The notes beneath the pieces are model-generated. The model saw only the letters and a program-made list of their open reading frames with translations, was not told the DNA's origin and did not search any database. The translations under genes and the position numbers were made by a program. A DNA stretch of 64,000 nucleotides from Selaginella moellendorffii (Eukaryota; Plantae; Lycopodiophyta): contig NW_003314262.1 in the NCBI RefSeq assembly GCF_000143415.4, positions 925,460 to 989,459 of the forward strand, written 5' to 3'. This document shows, piece after piece, positions 51,326 to 63,200 of this stretch; position 1 is the first letter of the stretch, and each line of letters begins with the position of its first letter.

Positions 51326-53342
51326 ATTCGGACTCAGACTCGAAGACTCGGTCCTTTGGTCTCGGTTTCGAACTTAGACTCAGACTCGATCTTAATCTCG
51401 GTCTCAGTCTCGGTCTTGGACTTCATCTTGGATCCATCTTGGGTCCCTTTTCTAGAGACTCATTGTTTGCTTCGTACTTGTTCCTCGAGCACTTCATTTG
51501 GAGTTCCACTCCCGCTCTCAACCTTTCAAGTCGGAGCTTTTAGTCCAAATGTGTTACACTCGTTTGGCTTTCACTTCAGCCATTACCATATGCCACCCTT
51601 TCGACTCCACTTTGGGGCTTAGAGATATGTGTCTCACAACTCCACCACCATATACAATGTTTAATGTCCTCATTAAAGGATAAACCATTTTATAAGGTAA
51701 CCCCATGATGAGTTACCATTATCCTCATCGAATGATAAACTATTTTATAAAGTAATATTAGCATGTATCACCCTTTCCATCCTTGGCACCTAGCCAATAT
51801 TCATCAATGGTTTGACACCGAAGGCTCATTATGCCTTGTCCATCCTCTAAGGAATATAGTCTCTCCAACTTAGAGACTCATTCAACCATTTGTGGTGGTT
51901 CTCTCCTTTTGTTGGTTTAATTCTTGTTAAACCTATTAGAGACACCTTTTCTATCTTAATCCCACTACTCATTCTCAAGTAATTTTAGTTTCCATTGATA
52001 TAACCTTTGCGCTTTAGAATTTTTATTTTTGACTTCTCAGAGTCAATTTCTTATGTGTCTTCAACACCTTGTATTGCACATTTGGTGCAACTCCACTTCC
52101 CCATCCTAAGAAGTTTTGTACTTGAGGGCACTATCATCCTCTTTTTTATTTTGCGCTACCTTTAACACTAAGTTTTAGTTATTATAATTTGTGTTAGGGT
52201 TGTTCATGGCCTTATCATTTGGCTACCTTACTGCTCCCTCTGTTGGAGCTTCCACCTTCAATAAATCAGAGCAATTGGGAATCCATCCTTGGAAATACAT
52301 TGCCTCCCCACAATCTGTTAGCATCCAACACATTAATGTTCCTCACCTAACTTTGCCATCCTGTCCTATGATTCCCATGGCTCTTTTCTTAGCCACTAGT
52401 CGTTTGCTCCATTTCATTAATTGTTGCACCAAGCAATATAGGATCATTACCTCCATCCTTAAGGTATTCTTTTGGTTCCATGGCAAAAGCTCCACTTTGC
52501 CAAGTCCAAAGGGTGCTCACCATTAGTAGGTTTCTTTAGCTTTTCTGCTATGGGTTCCATTTATGGCCCAACTTTGTGACCCTCCTATAGGTCTCTCCTA
52601 GAGATTACTTTCTTTGGACTCGCTATGCCATCGCATTAACATAGCTCATTTCCCTTAAGTGTTCTTCCCACTTAGTCACTTGACTAAACCACACCATTTA
52701 GCCACAAGATCGCCTAGTGATCTCATCTTGGCATCTTAACAGATTTGCTAATAGGTACTAGGTTTTCCAGACCTTTAAGTTGTTGACCATGACCCCAGAG
52801 GCATCCCCCACACTTGGCAGTGCACCCAAGCCAACCCTTCCGGCCAAGAGTCCATAGCAACTAAGACTAAGTGTCCCATCTCATTCACCACGTCCTTGGT
52901 GCCACTTGCACCAAAATGTTCAAGTTAGATATGTTGAGCTTTCACACTAAGCAATCTAACCATGCATCACAACTCTGGGACATCCCTTGCTTGGCGGTGT
53001 GCCCAAGCTAGTCTCCTTATTAAGAGTCCATAACCACCGAAAAATAAGTGTCCTCATATTCCAAACCATCACTTCGCCCTAGTGAGTTAGGACTCCAACC
53101 CAAGCACTAAAGGGTTGAGACTCGAACCCAACCTCCATATATGCATCTACGGAAGGCATCATCCAGGATGTCTAGCATGACTCCCCATGCTAATGCACCA
53201 ATTTAATTCCAAAGCGCATTACAAATCACAGCTTAAGAACCTAGTCTTCCAAATGGTCAAGTCCTCTCACTTGACAAGTTTGTGATTATGCATGAACTCT
53301 TCTATGCTTGGCTTCATGGGCCACCCATTTTGAAGTCAACTC

Positions 53343-56300
53343 TGTAAGCGACTAAATTTTCCATTCTACTTTAGTCACTTAACCACACCTTCGACCACTT
53401 GGAGGAGTCTTATTCACAACCTCCATCAGTCCAATTCAGGACTTGGGACTTGCTAGCCCCAAGAATGGCATCCCTGCCACTCAACACTTGCACCTGGTCC
53501 AAGTGCTCCACGTGTCCGGTCCCAAGACCGACACCCAAAGGTACCACTGACATCTCGGCCCGTTACGCTAAGGCCAGGCCCATTCACCTTTGCTGCACTA
53601 GTGGTCCAACACCACTTGCATCACCACCTCGTCTCTCCAAGACTGGGCCATGTGTCCGAGTGGTCATCCTAGATCCACTCCTTAGCATCCTTAGGATGCC
53701 CACAGACCTGGGGAATCGCCTTCCCCAAAGTCCCTTTGTCAGTTCCTACCAAGTCCCTTTCTGCCCCTGGCCGTGTTTGCCAACACTGCCACTGGATCGA
53801 GGCCCACAGGCCCGACCACTAAGTCCCACGGTCCTCTGGGACTTCCTCACCACATGACTGTGTCCTTGGTCACTACCCCAGAGGACTGCTCCTCTTCCTT
53901 TCCACAGTCTGGGCCTTTGGGACAACATTTCGGAACACCGTGGCCTTACGCGAGCCACCTGGGTACTCTCCCCACCTATCGCCTTTAGGTGCTCTAGCCA
54001 TGGGCTTAGAGCGAGGTTCCGTTGAGCCACGCCTGGTATCCAAGTAGGTAGTGCCACCCACACTTGGACTGGGAGCATCGGCCAGTCGATCTCCCGGGGG
54101 AACTAGAGCCGGCTCTTGAACACTTCACCAAGCTACCCCGCTTGTCGGTCCGTGTTCACTCTAGTCTTGGACTTCCCAGTGGGCAGCTCATCACCCAACA
54201 CTGGGTCCGGCCTTCCTGGGCCAAACTGGCCTTTCCTGGCCAAACTGGCTCCACTGCAGTCCTCCCCCTACTATACTTTTGGAGCTCACCAAAACCCCCA
54301 GGGTCTGGGAGACGAACGCTTTGGGCTTTCACCCTCTCAGGCTCCGGACTCGGACTCGGACTCGGACTCGGACTCGGATTCGGATTCGGACTCGGACTCG
54401 GGCTCGGGCTCGGTCTCAGCCTCGGCCTCGGTCTCAGTCTCGGTCCCGATCTTGGTCTCGGTCTCGGTCTCGGTCTCGGTCCCGGTCTCGGTCTCGACTT
54501 TGGACTCCATCTCGGACTCCATCTCGGACTCCATCTCGGACTCCATCTCGGGTCCATCTCGGGTCCATCTCGGACTCCATCTCGGACTCCATCTCGGGTC
54601 CATCTCGGACTCCATTTCAGGTCCATCTCGGACTCCATCTCGGACTCCATTTCGGGTCTATCTCGGGTCCATCTCGGACTCCATCTCGGACTCCATCTCG
54701 GGTCCATCTCGGGTCCATCTCGGACTCCATCTCGGACTCCATTTCGGGTCCATCTCGGGTCCATCTCGGACTCCACTTCGGACTCCAACTCGGGTCCACC
54801 TCGGACTCCACTTCGGACTCCATCTCGGACACTCCCACGTGTCATGTGTTGGTCCTTTTGGGTCCCTTTTTGGAGCCTCGCCTTTTGCTCGCTTCGTGCT
54901 CGTTCCTCGAGCACTTCGTTGGGAGTTCCACTCCCGCTCTTGACTTTTCAAGTCAGAGCTTTTGGTCCAAACGTGTTACGCTCGTTTGGCTCTCGCTTTG
55001 GCCACTACCATGTGGTGCCCTTCCGGCTCCACTTTGGGGCCTAGGGATTTTGTGTCTCACAACTCCACCACCCATAGACGAAGTTCGATGTCCTCATCGA
55101 ACGGTAAACCCTTTCATAAAGTAACACCCACACGTGTTACCATTTCCATCCTTGGCATCTAGCCAATCTTTGTCTATGGTTTGACATCAAAGGCTCACCA
55201 TGCCTTGTCCATCGTTTAAGGAGCGTAGTCTCTCCAACTTAGAGACTGATTGGACCACATGTAATGGTTCTCCCCTTTTATTGGTTTAGTTCTCGCTAAA
55301 CCTTTTAGAGACCCTTCTCTAAGTCAATCCCACTACTCCTTCTCGAGTAGTCTCAATTTCCATCTATTGAATGTTTGCACCTTGGAACTTTTACTCTTTT
55401 GACTTTTTGGGAGTCAATTTCCTAGGTGTCTCCAACACCTTGCATTGCACAGATTGTGCAACTCCACTTCCCTATCCTAGGAAGTTCATTACTTGAGGCC
55501 ACCATCATCCTCCCTTCTATTTCGTGCCACCTTGGGCACTAAGTTCCATTTATCATACTTTGTGCTAGGGCTGTCCATGGCCCTATCATTTGGCTACCTT
55601 ACCGCTCCCTCACTTGGAGCCTTTACTTCGCCAAATTGGAGCACTTAGGAATCCGTCCTTGAAAGTCCGCTTCCTTTCCCACAAGCTGTTAGCATCGAAC
55701 ACATTAGTGTTCCTTGGCTAACTTTGCCATTTGGATCCCTTCCATTAAATTCCATGGCCCAAACTTTGGCCACTAGTCCTTTGCTCCTATCCGTTGATTG
55801 TTGCACCAAGCAACATCGAATCTCTACCTCCCTCCTTGAGGTATTGTTTCGGTTCCATAGCAAAGACTCTTCTTTGCCAAGTCCGGAGGATGTTCACCCC
55901 TAGTACGTCTCTTTAGCATCTTCTGCTATGGGCTCTATCCACAGCCCAACTTCGTGACCCTCCCATGGGTCTTTTATAGAGACTACTTTCCTCGGACTCA
56001 CTATGCCATCTCACGGACATAGTTTATTTCCCTTAGGTGCTTTTCCCACTTGGTCATCACGACCAAGCCACACCACCTTAAACAGTTCAATTTCAACATT
56101 TTGAACCAGGAACTTCATTCCTTAGCCAACCAAGGACCTTGTCCTTATCTAGCCATAAGATCACCTAGTGATCTCACCTTGGCACCTTAACAAAGTTGCC
56201 AAGAGGTACTTGGTCTTCTAGACCTCCAAGTTGTTGACTATAACCCCGGGGGCATCCCCCACACTTGGCGGTGCACCCAAGCTAGCCCTTACGGCCAAGG

Positions 56301-59300
56301 GTTCATAGCAACTGAGATTAGGTGTCCCCATCTCACTCACCACGACCTTGGTGCCACTTGCACCAAAGTGTTTAAGTTAGATATGCTGAGCTTTCACACT
56401 AAGCAATCTAACCGTGCATCACGACTCCGAGGCATCCCTCGCTTGGCGGTGTGCCCAAACCAGTCTCCCCACTGAGAGTCCATGACCACCGAAATATGAG
56501 TGTCCTCATATTCCAAACCATCACCACGCCCTAGTGATTTGGGACTCGAACCCAAGCACTAGAGGGTCGGGACTCGAACCCAACCTCCGTATATGCATCT
56601 ACGGACGGCATCACACTAGATGCCTGGCGTGACTCCCCACGCCGGTGCACCAACTTATTTTTAAAGCGCGCTACAGATCACAGCTTAGGAACCTAGTTCC
56701 TCCACACTGCCAAGTCCTCTCACTTGACATGTCTGTGATCATGCATGGACTCCTCCATGCTCGGCCCCATGGCCCACCCTTTTTGAAGTTATCACCTTCA
56801 ACTAGGGTATTTGTTCCCCCGACGTGCCAATCTCACTTGGCAAGTCCTCCGACCACTGTAACATGGTTCCTGCATAAGCATGAAAGTCCTTCACCATCGA
56901 CTTTCGTTCAAAGCCCTCTCTTTGAACACTCGGGAACTACTTCCCTAACCTTGATAGCCTTGCCTCATGGCAAGTTTCAAGACCACGCTTCTGCTGCGCC
57001 ACTCTGATTTCGCGCCTTCCATGAACCATTTACACTTGGCCTTTCTAGGTACTAAGCTGCCTAGAATCGTCTTTGGGAACCTTGAAGGAACTCTGTCCCT
57101 CAGCTTGCTAAGGCCTCCCTTTTTGCAAGCCTTCCAAATGCCACATAGTCGAACGTGGACAATTCCATATTTTAGACTCTCCATGGCATCACGGTTGCTA
57201 GCGGCAACACCCTTGAGCCCCCACTTGATTCTCCACTCCCAGCTGGCATAACCAACCTTGGTTATGCCCTTTGATTCCTATGGTTCGGTTCTATCCCCTT
57301 ACTTCTTGCTTTTTGGCTTCACACCTTTCCTTTGGTCATTCTCCTCCAGACCAGGAGGATAGCTTTGCACTTTCTATCTTGCTTTAGCAAATATTCTTAG
57401 GGATGAACCCACCCAATAGCCCAGGGAGTGGTTCCTCAATCCGGGTATGCTCAGCTTATAATCCCACACACTGGGGTTACATTGTTGCTTATGGGCCTTT
57501 ACATGCCCATCACTAGCCTTGCCAAAATTCCATTTTTGGCTTCGTCCAACTTGGGTAGACAGTCCTCTCCTGTCTCCGCAACCTTGGACATTTGGATAGC
57601 ACCTTCTATCCATCATTCGCTAGGGACTTAGTCCCTTGGGCTTTATCCATTGCCCTCGCGATATCAAACACCACCTTCTGGTGTTCTAGAGTGTTCGGGT
57701 GTCCCAATGATGGCTTTCTTGACAATGAGTATTTCCTTTTATGACATTGACTTACTATATCGCAACATAAGAAACTTATCCCCCTGTAAGGGTATATCCG
57801 ACTTCCCTATACTAGAAGTCTTGAGTAGCTACCTTCTACCCGTTTAATCAGTTATTTTGCACCTCTTGCTTAGTTGCCTCATAGTTGTCAAGTCCTACAA
57901 CTCATTGCTTGGTGCTTTCACACCTCCATCACTATCTGGGTCACCACACTCCAACTGCATGCTCTGCAGCTTAAGCTATGCCATTCCCATTTCCATTGGG
58001 ATTCCTTTGGCAAGGGGTTCTCATGAACCCACCAACATAGCCTCAAGGTATCACACCTTGGCACATTTGGTGTCTCCACACCATCGGCTCCACGAGCCTA
58101 CCTCTATGACATTTCCCTTCGTGTCTAAGTCTTTGCCAAGACCAACACCGCTCTTTCTCATGCCAACCATCTGTTAGCACTGCCCCATAGAGGTCACACA
58201 CAACTTTATGTCAAAGTTGTTTTCTTCTGGGAACACCTTTCCCATAACTTTAGCATGGCACATTTTGCCATCGATGAGATACTCTCTATTCTCATCCTTG
58301 GATCCTATGATCCCCCCCCATCCTTTGTGGGGTACAACGCACCTCAGTCCAAATGCTTCATTCAGTCCTTTTTAGGACTCTCTTTGAGGAAAACCATATA
58401 CTGTTCCCAAGATCCCAAAGTCGTTCCATTATTGGCCCTTTTCTATCCACCACCTCATCTACAAGTTCACACATGAACTGTAATGGAGAGCCATGTCTTC
58501 CCGACTTACTACTCCTCAAGGATAGGCCCACTCCTCGGACCTCCCGATGCCAACACTAGTGGTGATATACTTGAGCACCAATAAAAGTCGGACTAAGGAA
58601 CAGCTCCGATACCAAGTTGTAAGCGACTAAATTTTCCATTCTACTTTAGTCACTTAACCACACCTTCGACCACTTGGAGGAGTCTTATTCACAACCTCCA
58701 TCAGTCCAATTCAGGACTTGGGACTTGCTAGCCCCAAGAATGGCATCCCTGCCACTCAACACTTGCACCTGGTCCAAGTGCTCCACGTGTCCGGTCCCAA
58801 GACCGACACCCAAAGGTACCACTGACATCTCGGCCCGTTACGCTAAGGCCAGGCCCATTCACCTTTGCTGCACTAGTGGTCCAACACCACTTGCATCACC
58901 ACCTCGTCTCTCCAAGACTGGGCCATGTGTCCGAGTGGTCATCCTAGATCCACTCCTTAGCATCCTTAGGATGCCCACAGACCTGGGGAATCGCCTTCCC
59001 CAAAGTCCCTTTGTCAGTTCCTACCAAGTCCCTTTCTGCCCCTGGCCGTGTTTGCCAACACTGCCACTGGATCGAGGCCCACCGGCCCGACCACTAAGTC
59101 CCACGGTCCTCTGGGACTTCCTCACCACATGACTGTGTCCTTGGTCACTACCCCAGAGGACTGCTCCTCTTCCTTTCCACAGTCTGGGCCTTTGGGACAA
59201 CATTTCGGAACACCGTGGCCTTACGCGAGCCACTTGGGTACTCTCCCCACCTATCGCCTTTAGGTGCTCTAGCCATGGGCTTAGAGCGAGGTTCCGTTGA

Positions 59301-60168
59301 GCCACGCCTGGTATCCAAGTAGGTAGTGCCACCCACACTTGGACTGGGAGCATCGGCCAGTCGATCTCCCGGGGGAACTAGAGCCGGCTCTTGAACACTT
59401 CACCAAGCTACCCCGCTTGTCGGTCCGTGTTCACTCTAGTCTTGGACTTCCCAGTGGGCAGCTCATCACCCAACACTGGGTCCGGCCTTCCTGGGCCAAA
59501 CTGGCCTTTCCTGGCCAAACTGGCTCCACTGCAGTCCTCCCCCTACTATACTTTTGGAGCTCACCAAAACCCCCAGGGTCTGGGAGACGAACGCTTTGGG
59601 CTTTCACCCTCTCAGGCTCCGGACTCGGACTCGGACTCGGACTCGGACTCGGATTCGGATTCGGACTCGGACTCGGGCTCGGGCTCGGTCTCAGCCTCGG
59701 CCTCGGTCTCAGTCTCGGTCCCGATCTCGGTCTCGGTCTCAGTCTCGGTCCCGGTCTCGGTCTCAACTTCGGACTCCATCTCGGACTCCATCTCGGACTC
59801 CATCTTGGGTCCATCTCGGGTCCATCTCGGACTCCATCTCGGACTCCATTTCGGGTCCATCTCGGGTCCATCTCGGACTCCACTTCGGACTCCAACTCGG
59901 GTCCACCTCGGACTCCACTTCGGACTCTATCTCAGACACTCCCACGTGTCATGTGTTGGTCCTTTTGGGTCCCTTTTTGGAGCCTCGCCTTTTGCTCGCT
60001 TCGTGCTCGTTCCTCAAGCACTTCGTTGGGAGTTCCACTCCCGCTCTTGACTTTTCAAGTCGGAGCTTTTGGTCCAAACGTGTTACGCTCGTTTGGCTCT
60101 CGCTTTGGCCACTACCATGTGGCGCCCTTCCGGCTCCACTTTGGGGCCTAGGGATTTTGTGTCTCACA
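53343..60168 (-). mobile_element. Young full-length family-A element with ~3.55 kb non-coding interior (LARD-like, non-autonomous)
   Basis: Near-identical LTRs at 53343-55061 and 58618-60168. PBS TGGTATCGGAGC is the reverse complement of 58603-58614 and the PPT reverse complement actccaccaccc starts at 55062. The TSD is AACTC/AACAC. There are no gag/pol motifs and no long element-sense ORF inside. Confidence 0.9.
56493..56651 (-). ncRNA. Candidate structured cis-RNA: six adjacent hairpins, two with tRNA T-loop/box-B sequence
   Basis: Inverted repeats aatatgag/ctcatatt, ctagtg..ttggg/cccaa.cactag, ggtcggg/cccaacc, tccgta/tacgga, ggcatc/gatgcc and ggcgtg/cacgcc. The minus strand has GGG-TTCGAGT-CCC twice. 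A homologue lies at ~53041-53200. Confidence 0.55.
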
Positions 60169-60284
60169 AACACCTTCAACTAGGGCCTTTGTCCCTCTGA
60201 CTTGCCAATCTCAATTAGCAAGTCATTTGACCACCATAACATGGTTTTATACATAAGTGTGAAAGTCTTTAACTATTAACTTTC

Positions 60285-63200
60285 TGTAAGGAACCGACTC
60301 CCCGAGATGTCGTAGGCTAAAGGATCCCCAAAAGCTTGACCGAAGTGACAAAGAGTTCATCGGATGGGACCAAGTCGAGGATCGAGTCCAAGACCGACTC
60401 TAGGACCGAGTTCGAGATAGAGTCCGGAATCGAGTCCGAGACCGACTCGGGGACCGAGTTCGAGTCCGAGTTCGAGACCGAGTTCGAGACGGAGTCCGAG
60501 ATCCGAAATCGGGTCCAAGACCGAGTCCGAGGTCGAGTCCGAGGTCGGGTCCGAGATCGGGTCCGAGATCGGGTCCGAGATCGAGTCCGTGATCGAGTCC
60601 GAACCCGAATCCGAAGTCGGATCCGAAATCGGGTCCGAGATCGAGCCAGAGACTAAGTCCAAATACTAATACGGGTCAAGGGGTGAAAGCCCAAAGCGTG
60701 CGTCTCCCAGGGGGGGGGGGCTGCAGGGGGTTCCAAAAGTATAGTCGGGATAGTGAGGTCCAGGAACCAGTTTTGAAGGGACTCTCCAGTTGGGCTTCCA
60801 AACCGACTTGAGGTTGGGACTGGGACCGAGGGGCCTTGGGTGGGAGTGAGCATGGACTTGGCTGGTGCCGGAGGGGCCATCCAAGGAAGTGCTCAAGAGC
60901 AGCTCCCACTCCCGAAAGGGAAACCGATTGCGGTGCTCCCGGCTCATGTGGAGTGGTGCCCCACTTGAGTACCATGCGGCTCATTGGTCCTCGCCCTTCC
61001 TAGGGGCTTGGGCCTTCCTTCGGGATGGAAGTGGGGGGCGAGAGGTACCCATACCGGGCCGCTAGGCCACGGTGTTTCGCCCCGGCGTCCCGAAGCAAGT
61101 GTTGCACTCAAGACTTGGGATTTAGAGGGTCCCATGATCAAGTCTTGTGGTACCAAGGGATGTTAGGAACCTGGAAGCTTGGTGTGCTTGGCTGCTTGTG
61201 CTTGCGGGGAGTGTAGCCGAACCTTAAGTCCAGTCTAACCCGGGGAGGGGGATTGGGAGTGATTTGGGAATCCATGGAAGGATGGCTAACACTCCGTTGC
61301 TCGTGCAGTGAGTAGCTGAAACCAAGTAGGAGCTGGTACCATAGGCGAGAACCTTGGCGAGGGAACTTAGCAAAAGCCAAGGCAGTGTTGGACGGATAGG
61401 CGAGGTAAGCTGGCAAAGTGGAAAGGAAAAATTTGTGGCTTACAATTTGGTATCGGAGCCTTCTCCTCAGTTCGAGCGAAGGATAGAGGCGGATTGCTGG
61501 GAGATGGCAAGGGCAGGGCGTAAGCGAACCCAAGCGGAGACAGAACCTCCGCCAGAGCTGGAGCCTCCGGTCGAACAAGAGGCTATGGATGAGGAATCCT
61601 TGCATGAGGAGGACTCTAGTGAGGAAACTTCCAAACAGGAGTCCGGTGGCGAGGTTCGGTCGTCCAAGGCTCGATTGGATGTTCTAGAAGGTCAATTGGC
61701 GTAGACCAATGCCCTGCTGGAGACTCTCGTACGCAAGCTAAAGCGTGACGAGAAACGGAAGAAAAGGCGAAAGACTGCGGATGCTGGCAGCGCAGAAGGT
61801 GCGGACCCTTCGGCAGGGACTGAGGCAAAACCAGACAAGGTCGAACAGACCGAAGTGGAATCAGTCCCTCAGGCAGTTCCCAAGTACAAACCAAAGCCCC
61901 CACCGGTGTTCAAGGGAGTGAACGACTATAAGGTTGTGGAGGATTGGTTTTACGATATGGAGGACTACTTCCGAGCGTTACGGTTACCGAGCTCGGAGAA
62001 GGTCCCATGTGCAAAACCATACTTGGCAGATAATGCCAAGTCTTGGTGGAGAACAACGGAGGGCAACGAAGGACCGGTGGCCACCTGGGACATGATGAAG
62101 GCGAGGATCCGCGCGACATACGTTCCTCCGAATGCCACTCTGCATCTGAGAGATGAGCTGAGTAGGCTGAAGCAGACTGGAACCATCCAGGAATATGTGA
62201 ATGGGTTCATGGCAAAGAGGATACTTGTCACGGACATGGGGGATATGGATGCGTTCCATGCCTTTATATCAGGTTTGCAAACCTGGGCTCGCGGTGAGGT
62301 GATGCGCTGGAACCCGACCAACTACAAGGAAGCGTTGGATGCGGCCATCAAGGTGCATTTCAACGATAACCTGCGAAAGGGGAACACGACGGGGTCGGGA
62401 TCCACGTTTCACAAAGGGGCCAAACCGAGGGGAACATATAGCAGGGGGAAATTCAAGAAGAGTTTCTCTAAGAATGAGTCCTCGGGATTTCGGAAAGGCA
62501 AATCCGGTGGCCAGCGAGCAAGTACGTGGGGGAGTCAAGCGAAAAGAGACAAACCCACAGATAAGAAGGTCAAGTCATATAGCAGCGTGGGAAACAACGT
62601 ATGCTATAACTGCGGTGAAGCGGGACACTTTTCGAGGGAATGTCCCTACCCGAAGAAGGCCAGAGCCAATATGGCCATCAAGTCGGGCGAAGTCCAAAAT
62701 GAGGTATGTGATCCAGTCCCTAACTCAAAGTTACTCATTACACGAGCAACTTTGGTAGAGAGTCGTTCGCGACATCTACTAGCCCTCCGAGGGAAGCTCG
62801 GAGGTAGCTTTGTTAAGATCCTTATTGACACGGGTGCTTCGGATAATTTTGTGGCTGCAGACATAGTCCGGCAAGCCGGACTAACGGTGCAGCGGCTAGG
62901 CGAACCAAGGACTATAGAGTTTGTTCAAGGTAGCCAAAGCACCGATGAGGTACTTCGACAAGCGAAAGTCGAAGTAGGGACATGGAAGGTAGACATGGAT
63001 TTCACCGTGTTGGACATGGCGGGATTTGACGTGATCTTCGGAATGGATTGGTTCAATCGGTTCGTGGTAGCCCTACATGGACAAGGTAGGAACCTTGTGG
63101 TACTGGCGAATGCCCAAGGAAGAAGATCTAGGGTGGAAGCCCAGCATCTAAAGGTAGGGCAAAGCAAGGCCAAAGAATCCTGCTTAAACCTGGTGTCCAC

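Larger units (their letters stand above)
46692..60284 (-). mobile_element. Older family-A element, interrupted by B3, a young A and D
   Basis: LTR pieces are 46692-47221 and 51326-51638. The interior at 51639-53342 and 60169-60284 is colinear with the young-A interior at 55062-56910. Confidence 0.8.

Noticed and set aside
51197-51622. ORFs spanning N runs (also 10815-11009)
   Set aside because: Artefacts of translating through assembly gaps.
53505-53545. Twister ribozyme-like CCGGTCCCAAG in the A LTR
   Set aside because: No downstream GAGGG pseudoknot partner, and the motif is altered in other copies (ccgatcccatg).
54343-54830. CRISPR-like array
   Set aside because: Head-to-tail short units with no unique spacers, no cas genes and a eukaryotic context.
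56470-56515. Hammerhead-like CTGA..GAAA-stem-UH
   Set aside because: The core is CTGAGAG rather than CTGANGA, and no stem I pairing is available.
56531-56651. A true tRNA gene or tRNA-SINE
   Set aside because: No acceptor stem or convincing box A, two T-arms in tandem, and no tail or TSD.
60680-60710. LSU rRNA or group II intron similarity of GGGGTGAAAG
   Set aside because: The match is ~10 nt and does not extend.
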